A stretch of 64,000 nucleotides of DNA from an uncultured Chloroflexia bacterium (GCA_963777865.1 CAVZSG010000001.1:194064-258063), one strand, 5' to 3'; positions 33,250 through 44,722 are shown, numbered from the stretch's first letter. Numbers and translations: made by a program. Notes: generated by a model not told the origin, from the sequence alone.

Positions 33250-33406
33250 TGCTTCTCCTCAATTCCAATCAAAATCGATCATCGCATGGATCAATCCACG
33301 CGCAAAGTCCAGTCTCGTTGCCAACCTCGTTCGGGCATCCGTGGCAACATTGTCTGGTGCGGTCTGCGGATCGCCCTGACTGACTGACGACGAAATTGAG
33401 GCAGAC

Positions 33407-34075
33407 GTGCAAATCAAGGCGCTGATTTTCGATATGGATGGCTTGCTCGTTGATACCGAGCACCTCGCCTACGCCGCGATGGAGTCCTTCCTCGCCAAGC
33501 ACACCGTGGAGCGACGGCAGGAAATTCACGACCAGATGCTCGGCCGTCGCCTGCCGGAAGCCATCGCGATCGTGAAGGAAGGCTATCAGCTCTCCGATCC
33601 GCTCGATGAACTTATCGCCGACTACACCATCATGCGCCGCGATGCCCTGATCGGGAACGTTCGTGCCCTCCCTGGTGCCCGCGAAGCAGTCGATTTCGGT
33701 TTGGCCTCAGGACTGAAGGTTGGCCTCGCTTCATCCGGTCTGCGTGATCAGGTCATGCTCTCCCTCAACGAAGCCGGTCTCAATGGACTCTTCGAGGTCG
33801 AAGTAACCGGCGACGACGTCACCCGCGGCAAGCCAGCACCCGACCTGTTCCTCAAGGCCGCTGAAGGCTTGGGAATCGAACCACAATTCTGCGTTGTGTT
33901 TGAGGACGCTCCAGCCGGGGTCGCCGCCGCAGTCAATGCCGGTATGCGCGCAGTTGCCGTTCCGAACGACCACAGCCGGGCCATGCCTTTTGCTATTGCT
34001 CCCGAAGTCGTGCTTGACTCGCTCCACGATGCCATCTCCTGGTTGAAGCAGCAGGGCGTCGGAACCGGTCACTAG
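33407..34075 (+). CDS. HAD family hydrolase (beta-phosphoglucomutase-like phosphatase subfamily)
   Basis: FDMDGLLVDTE motif I, SSG motif II, KPAPD...FEDAPAGVAAA motifs III/IV. Confidence 0.85.
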   Translation: MQIKALIFDMDGLLVDTEHLAYAAMESFLAKHTVERRQEIHDQMLGRRLPEAIAIVKEGYQLSDPLDELIADYTIMRRDALIGNVRALPGAREAVDFGLASGLKVGLASSGLRDQVMLSLNEAGLNGLFEVEVTGDDVTRGKPAPDLFLKAAEGLGIEPQFCVVFEDAPAGVAAAVNAGMRAVAVPNDHSRAMPFAIAPEVVLDSLHDAISWLKQQGVGTGH

Positions 34076-34078
34076 CCT

Positions 34079-35358
34079 ATGGATGCACCACCCGTTGACA
34101 TAGCAATCGTCGGCGCGGGTATGGCCGGAATCGCCGCCGCCCGCCGCGCCCGGGAACTCGGCCTGACGCTTCGTCGTCCTCGAGGCAGCCGACCGAATCG
34201 GCGGTCGCATCCACACGGTCGAGTTAGGCAATGGCGACTGGTGGGATGCCGGCTGCCACGCCCTGGTGCAACCTCCCGTAAACCGCTTGATACCCGAGGC
34301 TGAGCGACTTGGCATTCGGTATGAAAAGACCTGGAATCCCGAAATCCCGATCTGGTACGACGGAGTCCAGCTCGATAAACGCGAATCGGATCGGGTTCGC
34401 CACGAGATCGACGAACTCGACGGGCTGCTCCACGACCTCGCCGAACTGGGCGACGATGCCCCGCTCTCCGACCTCCTCGACCACGACTCCGACTCAGTGC
34501 CACAGTCGAACGTCTCCTGACCCTCCAGACCGGAGCCGACCCGTCGAACACATCCGCACTCGATCGATTTGCTCGCGGATCATTTGAGGGCGAGTGGCCC
34601 GTAATCGGCGGATTCGGATCACTCCTGACTGCACTCGCGACGGACATAGAAGTTCAGTTGAATTCACCTGTCCACGTGATCGATTGGGGCGGAGATCAGG
34701 TCCGCCTCGACCTCGGCGATAGGGTCATTGAGGCCGCGACGGTGCTCGTAACCGTCTCGACTGGCGTCCTCGCAAACGGAGACATCGTCTTCGCTCCGGA
34801 CCTTCCTGATCAGCACCGGCTTGCCATCGAGAATCTCCCGATGTCGAGAGTGATTCGGGCTTTGATCACGGTCTCCGGAGCAGTCCCCGGAGATCCAAAC
34901 AGACAGTCAATGCACCTCAATTCCGAACGCGCGCACATCCACCTGGTCTCGCGCCCAACCGGTCAGAATCTCATCTGTGCCACCGTGATTCCCCTCGGAG
35001 CTGAATCAGACCAGATCGAGAACCTGATCGAATCGGCAGTACGATGAAGCACACGGCGAGGCAATCGGCGAAATCCTGGACATCGACATCGTGGATTGGA
35101 CAGACGAATCCGTTCGTCCGCGGTGGCTGGTCCGTGGTCACTCCCGGGAATCTGGACGCGCGGACGACACTGGCCGAGCCGCTCGGTGAACGAGTCTGGT
35201 TCGCCGGCGAAGCCACCAGCATCAGATCCTCCGGCACTGCCCACGGCGCCTGGCAATCAGGAATCGACGCAACGAATCGCATCGCCTTCGCGCTCGGCCG
35301 CCTCACATCAGAACCGGTAGGCAGCGATACTGACGACATATTCAGATTCGATTTCTAG
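34079..35358 (+). pseudogene. flavin-containing amine oxidase, paralog 1; at least four frame changes
   Basis: DIAIVGAGMAGIAAARRARELG, then ...AADRIGGRIHT in another frame. The C-terminal NPFVRGGWSVVTPG...VWFAGEATS...GTAHGAWQSG lies in ORF 35044..35358. Confidence 0.65.
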
Positions 35359-35381
35359 AACTGAGCAGGAAATACCCAACC

Positions 35382-36630
35382 ATGAGCACTGATCGAGATG
35401 TGGATGTCGTAATCGTTGGAGCCGGAGCCGCAGGTCTCGGAGCCGCCCGCCGCGCCGGTGAGCTCGGTCTCTCGTACCTCGTCTGCGAAGCGATGGACCG
35501 GATCGGTGGCCGTGCCCATACCGACACCGACCACCTTCGGCACACCGTGGGATCGCGGCTGCCACTGGTTGCATTCCGGTAGCGTCAATGTCTACCGCGA
35601 ATTGGCCGATACCTATGGTTTTGAGTACGTCAAGACTACGCCCCCACGCCGAAGTCACGATGGCACCCGTATGCTGACTGACGCCGAGCGGGACGAAGCC
35701 GAGAAGCAGGCGTATGGAGAACTCTGGGGCGCGATTGTCCAGGCCGGCAAGGACGGAATGGACGTTTCTGCCGCCGATGTCGTCGACATGAACCACAAGT
35801 GGATCTCGATTCTTCGCACCGGCCTCGCCGGCGAATGGAGCGTCGATATTCCCGATGTTTCAACCGCGGACGACGTCGCCTACCGCGATACCGACGAGAA
35901 CTGGCCAGTTGCCGATGGCTACGGCGCCCTGGTTGCCCGCCACGCCGAGGGAATCCCGGTCGAGCTGAACAACCCGGTCCGCAAAATTACCTGGGATGGT
36001 CCGGGAGTCGTCGTCGAAACCGCCAACGGCACGATCACTGCAAAATCCGTGATCATCACCGTCAGCACCCGGATCATTCAGGACGGCGTGATCGAGTTTT
36101 CACCCCCGCTCCCGGACTGGAAACAGGAGGCCTACGCCGCCATCAAGCTCGGCAACGCCAACAAGATCTCGTACAAGATCGACAAGAATCTGCTCGCCGA
36201 AGAGCACAGCACCGCCTGGGTAAAGGTCACTCCGGACCAGGGCATGTGGTTCCAGTTGCGAGCTTTCGATCGCGACATGGCCAACGGATATCTGGCCGGG
36301 GCCCTCGGCGAGCAGATCGAGGCGGAAGGCGAAGCGGCCATGCTGCAAATCGGCCGCGATGCTCTGGTCAAGCTCTACGGCTCCGACATTCTCAAGTCGA
36401 TTCAGGTCGAAGCCTGCAGCATGTGGCAGCACGAACCGTGGATTCGCGGAGCCTATGGAGCTGCCCAACCCGGCAAAGCCCACCTCCGCAAATACCTGTC
36501 GACGCCGGTCGAGAATCGCCTCTTCTTTGCCGGTGAAGCAACATCACTGGACTTCTTCTCGACCTGCCACGGAGCTCACCTGACTGGAATCGCCGCAGTC
36601 GAAGAAGTCGCTGCTACCGTCAAGCAGTAG
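35382..36630 (+). CDS. flavin-containing amine oxidase, paralog 2; one apparent frameshift near 35520-35540
   Basis: DVVIVGAGAAGLGAARRAGELG...AMDRIGGRAHT. Continues in ORF 35416..36630 to EPWIRGAYGAAQPG...LFFAGEATS...CHGAHLTG. Confidence 0.8.
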
Positions 36631-36633
36631 ATC

Positions 36634-37233
36634 GTGCCGACGCGGGCACGATTCACTCTGGCCACCTCCAACCCGGCCAAGGTTCACGCCTTGGCCGAAT
36701 ATCTGCCTGACTGGATCGAAATCGCACCGCTACCGAAGAATGCTCCCGACCCACCTGATCTTGAAACCGGCGAGTCGTTCGCGGAAATTGCCCGTGACAA
36801 AGCCGTCTGGTGGTCGCATCAATTGCCCGACATTCTGGTCATCGCAACCGACGGTGGTCTGCTGATCCCCGCCCTCGGCAGTCTCTGGAATCCTCTGAAA
36901 ACCGCCCGCTTCCTTGGACCGACAACTTCGTCCAGGGAACGAATCGCGGCCATCATCCAATTGGCCGGGGTTCTTGAAGGCGCTGATCGAGAAATTGGCT
37001 GGGCAGAATCGCTGGCAATCGCGCGAAACGGCCGCCTACTGGCAGAATGGAACGCCGACAGTCCTCCGGGAATTCTCGCCACATCGACCCCCGACACTGC
37101 ACCATTAGGCGGATTCTGGGTACCGCAAATCTGGCTCTGCCCGGAGTTCGAGCAATCGTCCGCTCGCCAGTCTGTCCGCATCCGGAGCGACATGACCGCA
37201 AAGATCACTGGTGGCAACTCGCGCAAGAATTGA
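36634..37233 (+). CDS. Ham1/RdgB-like (non-canonical NTP pyrophosphatase family) protein; the 3' end may be frameshifted (alternative end 37256)
   Basis: FTLATSNPAKVHAL...ETGESFAEIARDKA...VIATDGGLLIPALG resembles the ITPase-family N-terminal half. GTG start 3 nt after the upstream stop. Confidence 0.45.
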   Translation: MPTRARFTLATSNPAKVHALAEYLPDWIEIAPLPKNAPDPPDLETGESFAEIARDKAVWWSHQLPDILVIATDGGLLIPALGSLWNPLKTARFLGPTTSSRERIAAIIQLAGVLEGADREIGWAESLAIARNGRLLAEWNADSPPGILATSTPDTAPLGGFWVPQIWLCPEFEQSSARQSVRIRSDMTAKITGGNSRKN

Positions 37234-37252
37234 TTGACTGGGCAAACCCAAG

Positions 37253-38269
37253 CTAGCGCTGAGCCGCACACCAATCAGCAACTGGCAGCACGTATCGACT
37301 CATGCCCTTGTACGCCACCACTGCGGGCGACGCCTCCCGCAAAATCGATTCGAGCCGATGCACCAGGTCCGGTCGCGACTGGGCCAACGCGACCAACGGC
37401 GTGTTGTAAATCCGCACGCTGAACAGCGCCCGTCCCAGGTCAGGCATCGGAAATGTCGTCTGCCGCTCAATCCGCACAATGCAGTTCCGCGCCAGCGCAT
37501 CATGATCGTCCAGCCAGGCGTCGTCCCACGGTTTCGGATGATCCGGATGACTGTCGATCTTCGGCTGGGTCGTCAGCGATAACCCGAACCGGACATACGG
37601 CCCCTTCGTCACGATCGCCTTCATGACGTTGTTGGACGACGCCACCAGCCGCTCACTCTCGGCCACAGGGATGTGAATGTCCCCGAACGATTGCTGGTAC
37701 TTCTCGAGCGGATTCCATGAACTCGGCAGCAACACGTGCAGCGACTCCGCCAGGTGCGACCCGTCGTCCCGCAGCCGCATGATCACAATGTCTTCCTGAC
37801 AGGCGAGTGCAAGGGCATCGCCAAAACGCGTAACGCCAGCCTGCCTGTCCAGCCACTCCGCCACCCGTCGACCCACGTCTGGAGCGTCACGATCGCAGCT
37901 AATCCCGACGTTCAGCCTGTCCCGAATGTCGAGCGAGACACCCAACAGCCGCAAATCGATTCGCGATTCGCTGACATCCACCAGTTCTGGATACTCTCGT
38001 CCAAAGATCTGGAAGAGCCGCCAGTAGACCTCGGCCAGAGCACTCGGCTCCTCAGGATCGATACACCGATATCGCTCTGCCGCACGCTCGAATCCGGTCA
38101 GCTTCTCGTCGATGTAATCGTCGAAGCGCTGATCGAGCTCAAAATGCCGCTCCTCCAGTCGCCCGTTGTATTCGCCTGGTAGCGGAAACAGATCGGCCCG
38201 GACGATGAAATCGTCGCGGACCACAAACGGCTGATATGGGAGTGGCAGTGACTCGAGTGCGGGCCGCAT
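37253..38269 (-). CDS. conserved uncharacterised protein, possibly DUF3445 / heme-dependent oxidative N-demethylase-like
   Basis: Intact 338-aa ORF. The family assignment comes from my recollection of the general sequence pattern only. Confidence 0.35.
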   Translation of the reverse strand: MRPALESLPLPYQPFVVRDDFIVRADLFPLPGEYNGRLEERHFELDQRFDDYIDEKLTGFERAAERYRCIDPEEPSALAEVYWRLFQIFGREYPELVDVSESRIDLRLLGVSLDIRDRLNVGISCDRDAPDVGRRVAEWLDRQAGVTRFGDALALACQEDIVIMRLRDDGSHLAESLHVLLPSSWNPLEKYQQSFGDIHIPVAESERLVASSNNVMKAIVTKGPYVRFGLSLTTQPKIDSHPDHPKPWDDAWLDDHDALARNCIVRIERQTTFPMPDLGRALFSVRIYNTPLVALAQSRPDLVHRLESILREASPAVVAYKGMSRYVLPVADWCAAQR

Positions 38270-38275
38270 GCTGGC

Positions 38276-38746
38276 CTACCGTCGGGCTATGCGGTCGTAG
38301 AGCAACCCCAGTGTCGCCCCGTATGCAACGTGCCGGGGAATCGAGAGAAGGTAGGCGTTGAGGTTGAAGTAGCGGTCGATCTCACCATTCCGGACTCCGG
38401 GATGCCGATTCTCGAACGCAGCCACCGGGTACAGCACCGTGTTTTCGACCAGTGCAAACGTGATTCCCTGAACCACCGCCGGACCCGGGATCACGCGCCG
38501 TGCGTATGGAAACACCATCGCCAGCGACACCGAATTGATCATGTGAACAGGAACACCGGCCAACTTCGCGTACTTCGGACCGCGGACCATCGGCCGACCA
38601 AGCAATTTGAGGTCGTCCAGATTCTTGCCACTGATTCGATTGTCTATTTCCGCCGTCACAGCGTATGCCAGACCGGCGGCCAAACCAGCCAGGGAGGCTG
38701 CCTTCAGATTTACCTTCGGCACAATTGCCTCCCGAGCCAGTTTCAA
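38276..38746 (-). CDS. hypothetical membrane protein (156 aa)
   Basis: Intact ORF with 3-4 hydrophobic segments. No family recognised. Confidence 0.45.
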   Translation of the reverse strand: MKLAREAIVPKVNLKAASLAGLAAGLAYAVTAEIDNRISGKNLDDLKLLGRPMVRGPKYAKLAGVPVHMINSVSLAMVFPYARRVIPGPAVVQGITFALVENTVLYPVAAFENRHPGVRNGEIDRYFNLNAYLLSIPRHVAYGATLGLLYDRIARR

Positions 38747-38755
38747 ATCGAATCG

Positions 38756-39622
38756 CTATGCCATGGTGTTGGTGAGTTTGCCCAGCTTCTCGACTTCAAC
38801 GTCAACGACGTCGCCCGCCTTCAGCCACGGCTTGTTCGCCATACCCATTGCCACACCTTCCGGAGTGCCCGTTGTGATCAGATCACCCGGCTCCAGCGGA
38901 AAGTACTGGCTAAGATATGAAACGATCTCCGCGACCGAAAAGATCATGTCGGAGGTGTTCGAATCCTGCCGGACTTCACCATTTACCGTGCAGGTGATCC
39001 GAAGGTTCTGTGGGTCACCGACTTCGTCGGACGTAACCACGTACGGACCAATCGGGAAGAACTTGTCCGGTGTCTTGCCCAGCAACCACTGGCTCGTCCG
39101 GGTCTGGAGATCGCGAACACTGACATCGTTCGCTGTGCAATACCCGAAAACGTAATCAAGCGCGTCGGCCTCGGAGACCTTCTTCGCCGTCTTGCCAATC
39201 ACCACGCACAGCTCAACTTCATAGTCGTACTGCTCAGCGACTGATGTATCCAGCGGCACGCTCTCACCCTGGGCAGCCAGCGTGTTGTTGAACTTGGAGA
39301 ATACGACCGGATGCGTCGGAATCGGCATGTTCGACTCCGCGGCATGCTTGGCGTAGTTCAGACCAATGCAGATGATCTTGCCGGGATCGGAAACAACCGG
39401 ACCCAGCGTCAGGCTGGCCTCGTCGAGCAACCAGGACTCGCCGCCCTTGACACTGCTGACCAGAGATTCCAGCGCCGCAGATCCCGATTCGGCAACGCCC
39501 TTGATGGTTGTCGGAGCGTCAATGCCCAAAGCAGCGGATGCGGCGGCAACGTCGATCACACCGTGATCAGTGACGATGCCAGACTTGAATTCACCATCCG
39601 CAACAAACGTCAATAGCTTCAT
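38756..39622 (-). CDS. fumarylacetoacetate hydrolase (FAH) family protein
   Basis: MKLLTFVADGEFKSGIV..., IICIGLNYAKHAAE, YEVELCVVIGK, GDLITTGTPEGV. Start taken at the internal Met. Confidence 0.85.
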   Translation of the reverse strand: MKLLTFVADGEFKSGIVTDHGVIDVAAASAALGIDAPTTIKGVAESGSAALESLVSSVKGGESWLLDEASLTLGPVVSDPGKIICIGLNYAKHAAESNMPIPTHPVVFSKFNNTLAAQGESVPLDTSVAEQYDYEVELCVVIGKTAKKVSEADALDYVFGYCTANDVSVRDLQTRTSQWLLGKTPDKFFPIGPYVVTSDEVGDPQNLRITCTVNGEVRQDSNTSDMIFSVAEIVSYLSQYFPLEPGDLITTGTPEGVAMGMANKPWLKAGDVVDVEVEKLGKLTNTMA

Positions 39623-39826
39623 TTTCCGTACGTGTCCTCTCGGTAATGATTCCCCATCGAAACCTGAGCGGAAGCGTACCAAACTCACCCACCAGCCGGA
39701 TTCAGTTCGCCCGGATACTTACCGATTTCTTATGACCATCATCAACACTCTCACTTGTGGCCAAACGCGCAGATCAGCCATTCGCCCATCTATCATCACA
39801 GCAGTACGATCCAACCCGGAGCACCA

Positions 39827-40504
39827 ATGAAACGCGACACCAGAATTCTGATAGTAGAAGACGACCCGTCCATCTCCCGACTGCTCGAACTTGAACTCGG
39901 TCACCGTGGCGCCATCCTCGAAACGGTCGCCGATGGATCCCGCGCGCTTGAGGCAGTCGGCCGCTTCAATCCCCAGGTGATCGTCCTCGATATCATGTTG
40001 CCCGGTCTCGGCGGCGACCAGATTCTCGCCTCACTCCGCCGTGCCGGTAATCGCACCCCGGTTCTGATGCTCACCGCTCGCGATGCCACCCGCGACAAGA
40101 TCGGCGCCCTCGACACCGGTGCCGACGACTACCTGACCAAGCCGTTTGACATAAACGAACTCGTCGCCCGGCTCAACGCGATCCTTCGCCGGGTAGAAGG
40201 GGAGGAGATCCGCCGGGTCGGCGACCTCGAAATCTTCACCGAACAACGCCTTGTTCGCCGCGGCGACCGCGAAATCGAACTGACCGCCCGCGAGTTCGCC
40301 CTGCTCGAATACCTGGTCCAGAACACGGGCCGGGTCCTGACGCGCGACCAGATCCTGACTCGCATCTGGGACGACGAAGCGGACACCAACGTCGTCGACG
40401 TCTACGTCGGCTATCTCCGCCGCAAAATCGATGAACCCGGTCGCGAACGCCTGATCCAAACGGTCCGCGGTATCGGCTTCGTCATCCGCTCGGCCCTTGC
40501 CTGA
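39827..40504 (+). CDS. OmpR-family response regulator
   Basis: RILIVEDDPSISRLL..., receiver Asp in VIVLDIMLPG, winged-helix C-terminus LTAREFALLEYL...VRGIGFV. Confidence 0.9.
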   Translation: MKRDTRILIVEDDPSISRLLELELGHRGAILETVADGSRALEAVGRFNPQVIVLDIMLPGLGGDQILASLRRAGNRTPVLMLTARDATRDKIGALDTGADDYLTKPFDINELVARLNAILRRVEGEEIRRVGDLEIFTEQRLVRRGDREIELTAREFALLEYLVQNTGRVLTRDQILTRIWDDEADTNVVDVYVGYLRRKIDEPGRERLIQTVRGIGFVIRSALA

Positions 40505-41985
40505 TGACAATCCGCCTCCGCCTTACCATCTTCAATGCCGCCACGCTCCTGCTGACCACGATCGCCGCGCTCGCAGTCGGTGGGACCCTTTTTGGAATCT
40601 ACCTCTTCAAGGACCCGTTTCCGCTGGTTCAGGCACCGGCCCACGAAGTGGCATATCGAATCAATAACGGTGATACGTTGATCGCATATGACCTCGACAA
40701 GATCGCCAACGACCGCTTCGCAATTGAGATCCTCGATGTACTGGGTCAGCCAGTCCGTCTCGTCACGACACCCCGGCTCGGTGGTGACGATCAGCGGAAC
40801 AATCCGCTCTGGCAGGAAGCGGCGGCATCCGGGCAGCCAGTCGAAAAGATGCTGGCCGATCCTGATGACAATGACACCTTTTTGACTGTAATCCCGCTCC
40901 GCACCAACGGGGCAATAACCGGATACGTCGAGGTTCGCAGCAGTTACGAAGCGATCATCGAGGCGATGTTCCACGACTACGTCTATCGTCCCGATCGCCG
41001 CCGCCGCCTTGCTCCCGATCGCACTGTTTCTGATTCTGGTCAGTTACATCCTCACCTGGCGCGCACTCAGACCGGTCAATCGCATCGCCGCCGAGGCCAA
41101 CAAGATCTCCGAGACCGATCTCTCCCGCCGCCTACCCGTGCAAGGTGGCAAGCGCGACGAATTCGCCCGCCTTCTCGATTGCCTTCAATAGCCTGCTTGA
41201 CCGAATCCACAAATCTGTCCTCGAGCGGGAGGCCGTCTTCACCGCCCAGCGCCGTTTCGTCGCCGATGCCGGCCACGAACTGCGCACCCCGCTAACCTCG
41301 ATTCGAGGCTATGCCCGCATGCTCAACGAGTGGGGATTGCAGGACGAAAAGGTCGCCCGCGAGAGCGTCGAGGTCATCGAACGCGAATCAGCCCGCCTCC
41401 ACGACCTCGCCGAGGGCCTCCTGACAGTCGCCCGCGGTGACGAGCAGGCCGCACCGGAACTTGCAGATGGGCGATCTGCGCATTCCGGTCGAGGAAACGA
41501 TCGAAGTCATGCAGGCCAGCACCAGTACGTGCCAGCATCGAACAGATCATTCCCGATTCGACCGGTCCTCGCCCAGATCGACGACCCCGGCGTCCGTCAA
41601 CTCGTCACGATCCTGATCGACAACGCCATCAAGTACTCGCCGACTGGTAGCACCGTGACCGTAACCGTCGCCATGTCGGGCGGTCGTCCCAACCCTGGTT
41701 GTCCGTGACAACGGAATCGGCATCTCCGAAGCTGAATTGCCCCGCATCTTCGAGCGCTTCTATCGCATCGACGAATCACGCGGCAATCGCGGAGCCGGTC
41801 TTGGATTGTCAATCGCCCGCCAGATTGTCGAAGCGCACGGCGGCCCGGATAACGGTTCAGAGTCAACTCGGACTTGGAACCCGATTCACGATCACGTTCC
41901 AGCCGACCTGCCGAATCGATCAGGCAGAGTGCTCCTTCGCAAAAGCGACGAGCCGTTCACAGCCTTCTCGAACGTCTTCATCTGA
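40504..41985 (+). CDS. sensor histidine kinase (HAMP-HisKA-HATPase_c); at least two apparent frameshifts
   Basis: H-box [19 protein letters not shown] (ORF 41145..41708), N-box [10 protein letters not shown]-box [18 protein letters not shown] (ORF 41737..41985). The start overlaps the regulator stop. Confidence 0.85.
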
Positions 41986-43130
41986 GGAAGCCAGCGAAAT
42001 CCTGACGAATCCGTCGGCCAGCACCGCACCGAACGTGTCGCCAGGCGCGCGTCGCCACACGCGTTTCGGCCAGAAGTTGTCAGCGCCAGTTCTCGACTCT
42101 TGATGCCGCACGACCGCAGATCGACGATCGCGTAGAACGCACCCTTGGGCCGAACCGGCAGCAATCCCGCCGGCTCGAGGATGCTGACCGCGATATCCCG
42201 CCGCGCCTTGTACGCCTTTCGCATTACCGAGACCGCCTGCTGCGGTCCGCGCAGTGCCGCGATTCCGGCCTGCTGTGAAATCGACGATGGGCATGAAACC
42301 AGCGGCTCCAGCATCTTGTTGATCATGCCCAGCAACTTCTCGTCGGCAATCGCCCAACCGAGCCGCCACCCGGTCATCGCGTACGTCTTCGAGAATCCCG
42401 AAACAGTGATCACCCGACCGTCATCATCAAATTGAGTCGCTGGAACATGCTCACCGTCGAAAACCAGTTCCTCGTATATCTCGTCCGAAAGCACGTAGAG
42501 ATCGTGCTTCTTCGCCAGCTTGACGATCGCCTCGACCGTCTCAGCCGGCCAGACCGCTCCGGTCGGGTTGCCCGGGTTACAGGTGATGATCATCTTGGTC
42601 TTGGAAGTGATCAACGCTTCCAGTCGCCTCGGCATCTGGCAGGTAACCGGTCTCGACCGCCATGGCGATACGCGAACCGGAACCCCATGCGCCAGCCCCA
42701 GGATCGACTTGTAGTTCGGCCATCCCGGATCGGGTACCAGCACCTCATCACCCGGATCGATCAGCGCCAGAATCGTCGAGTTGATCGCGTTCACACCACC
42801 ATGGCTGGCCATCACCATGTTCGGGGTGACCGGCTTCCCCCACTTCTCCGTGTATCGATCGGCAATCGCCTGACGCAGCGGCAGTACTCCACCGCTCTGC
42901 GTGTACCGGGTTGCGCCTGCAGACGCCGCCTCGAATGCCTGCTCAATGATGTGCGGCGGAGTGATGAAACTTGGCTCGCCGACCTCGAGGTGGATGATCG
43001 GCCCGTCCATTTCCCGAGCGGCGTCCATCAGGTCGCGAATTCCGGATCGCTCGATCGAGTTGGCCAATTTGGAAATGGTGCGCACGGGATCCTCCGCGTA
43101 TTCATGATTCGACGGGTCGGATTGTACCGA
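41920..43130 (-). CDS. class I/II pyridoxal-phosphate-dependent aminotransferase (AspC-like); apparent frameshifts
   Basis: [16 protein letters not shown] (PLP-Lys), [18 protein letters not shown]. The C-terminus is in ORF 41920..42369. The start position is approximate. Confidence 0.75.
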
Positions 43131-44496
43131 GAATGTCGCTGACGCGGTCGCGTCAGAACTCGCCGTACCTGGCGAAACGCCTTGTTCTGCCGATGGAACG
43201 CACGCCAGTTCCCGATGATGGCAATCGGCAAGGTGAAGATGTACGCAGCCCACGTCCAGCCAATCCCCATATCGAAAACGGTAGACACCAATCGCCGCAA
43301 TCACGACGGCCAGCCAGGTCGTGACCAGGCCACGCACCATCGGACTCCGCGTATCACCGGTCCCCCGAATTGCACCGGTGGTGGTCAGCCACAGTCCCCA
43401 AAGTGGCAATCCGATCCCGATCGCCAGCATCGCTCGCGACCCCTGATCGCCATGACATCCGGATCATCGGTAAACACGTCGAATATGCGGCTTGGCAAAC
43501 GCGATCAGGACGACGGTGCCGAAAATCGTCCACCCAATCACCCATTGATGCAGGATCTCGGACCGCCTTGATTCCGTCTTCGATTCGCTTGGCGCCCGAC
43601 GCTCTGCCCAACCAGCGCGATCGCCGTCACCTCCAGCGCAATCGCCGGCAGGAACCAGACTTCGAGTGCGGTCAGGCCGATCTGCTGGGCCGCCAGCGCA
43701 CGTGGCGCCCAGCGACGCCACGATGAACGTTGTCGCCATAAACCCCGATTCACCGGAAATCTGTTCGAGCGCTGCCGGCGCTCCCAGTTTGAACAGTTGC
43801 TGCCCGGTCTCCGCCTCCGGTCGTCCAACCGCTCTTGCTCCGCGATCTGACCGCCCGCTCCACCCTGTCGACCAGCACGAATAGCAGAACGGCCAGTCCC
43901 GCCGTCCGACTGATCACCGAAGCCCAGGCCGCACCCGCCACTCCGTGCTCGCCGAATCCGAGTTCGCCGCCAATCAGCGCATAACAGGCGACCAGATTGA
44001 CGATGTTCATCAGAACCGCCGCGTAGAGCGGCGTTCGGCCGTCGGAAACACCGCGCAAAATCGAACCGCAGAGATATGCTCCCAGCAGGGCGCACATTTC
44101 CGATCGCCAGAATCTGCAGATACTCGATCGCCGCGTCCTGGACCGCCTGGTCCTCGCCGAAGAGATTCACCATCGGCGGCGTCAGGAAATACGTGGCCAG
44201 CGACATCGGAATGCCGAAAGCACCAGTCCCCAGATCAGCGCTTGCCGGGCAACATGATTCACCCGCGCCGTGTCACCCGCCCCAAATGCCTTCGATATCA
44301 AGACCGTCGCGCCAACCGAAACTGCGCTGAACAACGCCAGGAAGAAGAAGATGATCGGGTTGGCAATGCCGACACCAGCCAACGCCGTGTCACCCGCCTG
44401 ACTGATCAGCAACGTGCTGACCGCCGCCACCAGCGTCTGCAGCAGGTACTCGGCAACGATCGGAGCGGCAAGATTCGCCACCTTGCGCTTCGTCAT
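43130..44496 (-). CDS. MATE family efflux transporter; many apparent frameshifts and an uncertain 3' boundary
   Basis: MTKRKVANLAAPIVAEYLLQTLV... N-terminus (ORF 44182..44574). AIRGTGDTRSPM motif in ORF 41892..43430. TM segments are scattered over at least four frames. Confidence 0.65.
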
Positions 44497-44640
44497 CGGC
44501 ACATGTGCGACTTCAGCCGCACCACCCGTTTCAGTTAGAGAAAGAGAACCCACCGGACCACCACAATCGCGCAAACGGCAACAAAATCATCGAACCAATA
44601 AATTGCAACTGAAGTCAGATGCTGCGACAGGCAACAACTT

Positions 44641-44710
44641 CCCTCTCCACCGGTCACGCAACTACATCCGCAGTCACGTTCGCCGGTGGAGAGGGGCAGG
44701 GGGTGAGGTC
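44641..44710. repeat. palindromic intergenic element, copy A (REP-like; possible terminator)
   Basis: CCCTCTCCACCGG - 29 nt - CCGGTGGAGAGGG, followed by GCAGGGGGTGAGGTC. Lies just downstream of the minus-strand Cys/Met PLP gene. Confidence 0.7.
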
Positions 44711-44722
44711 AGTACTCGGCAA

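Noticed and set aside
41920-41985. 66-nt convergent overlap of the histidine kinase and aminotransferase 3' ends. Similar overlaps occur at 27833-27865, 32260-32263, 52148-52164 and 55660-55674.
   Set aside because: Short convergent overlaps are common in compact genomes, and the exact ends are uncertain given the indels. I do not treat this as a regulatory feature.
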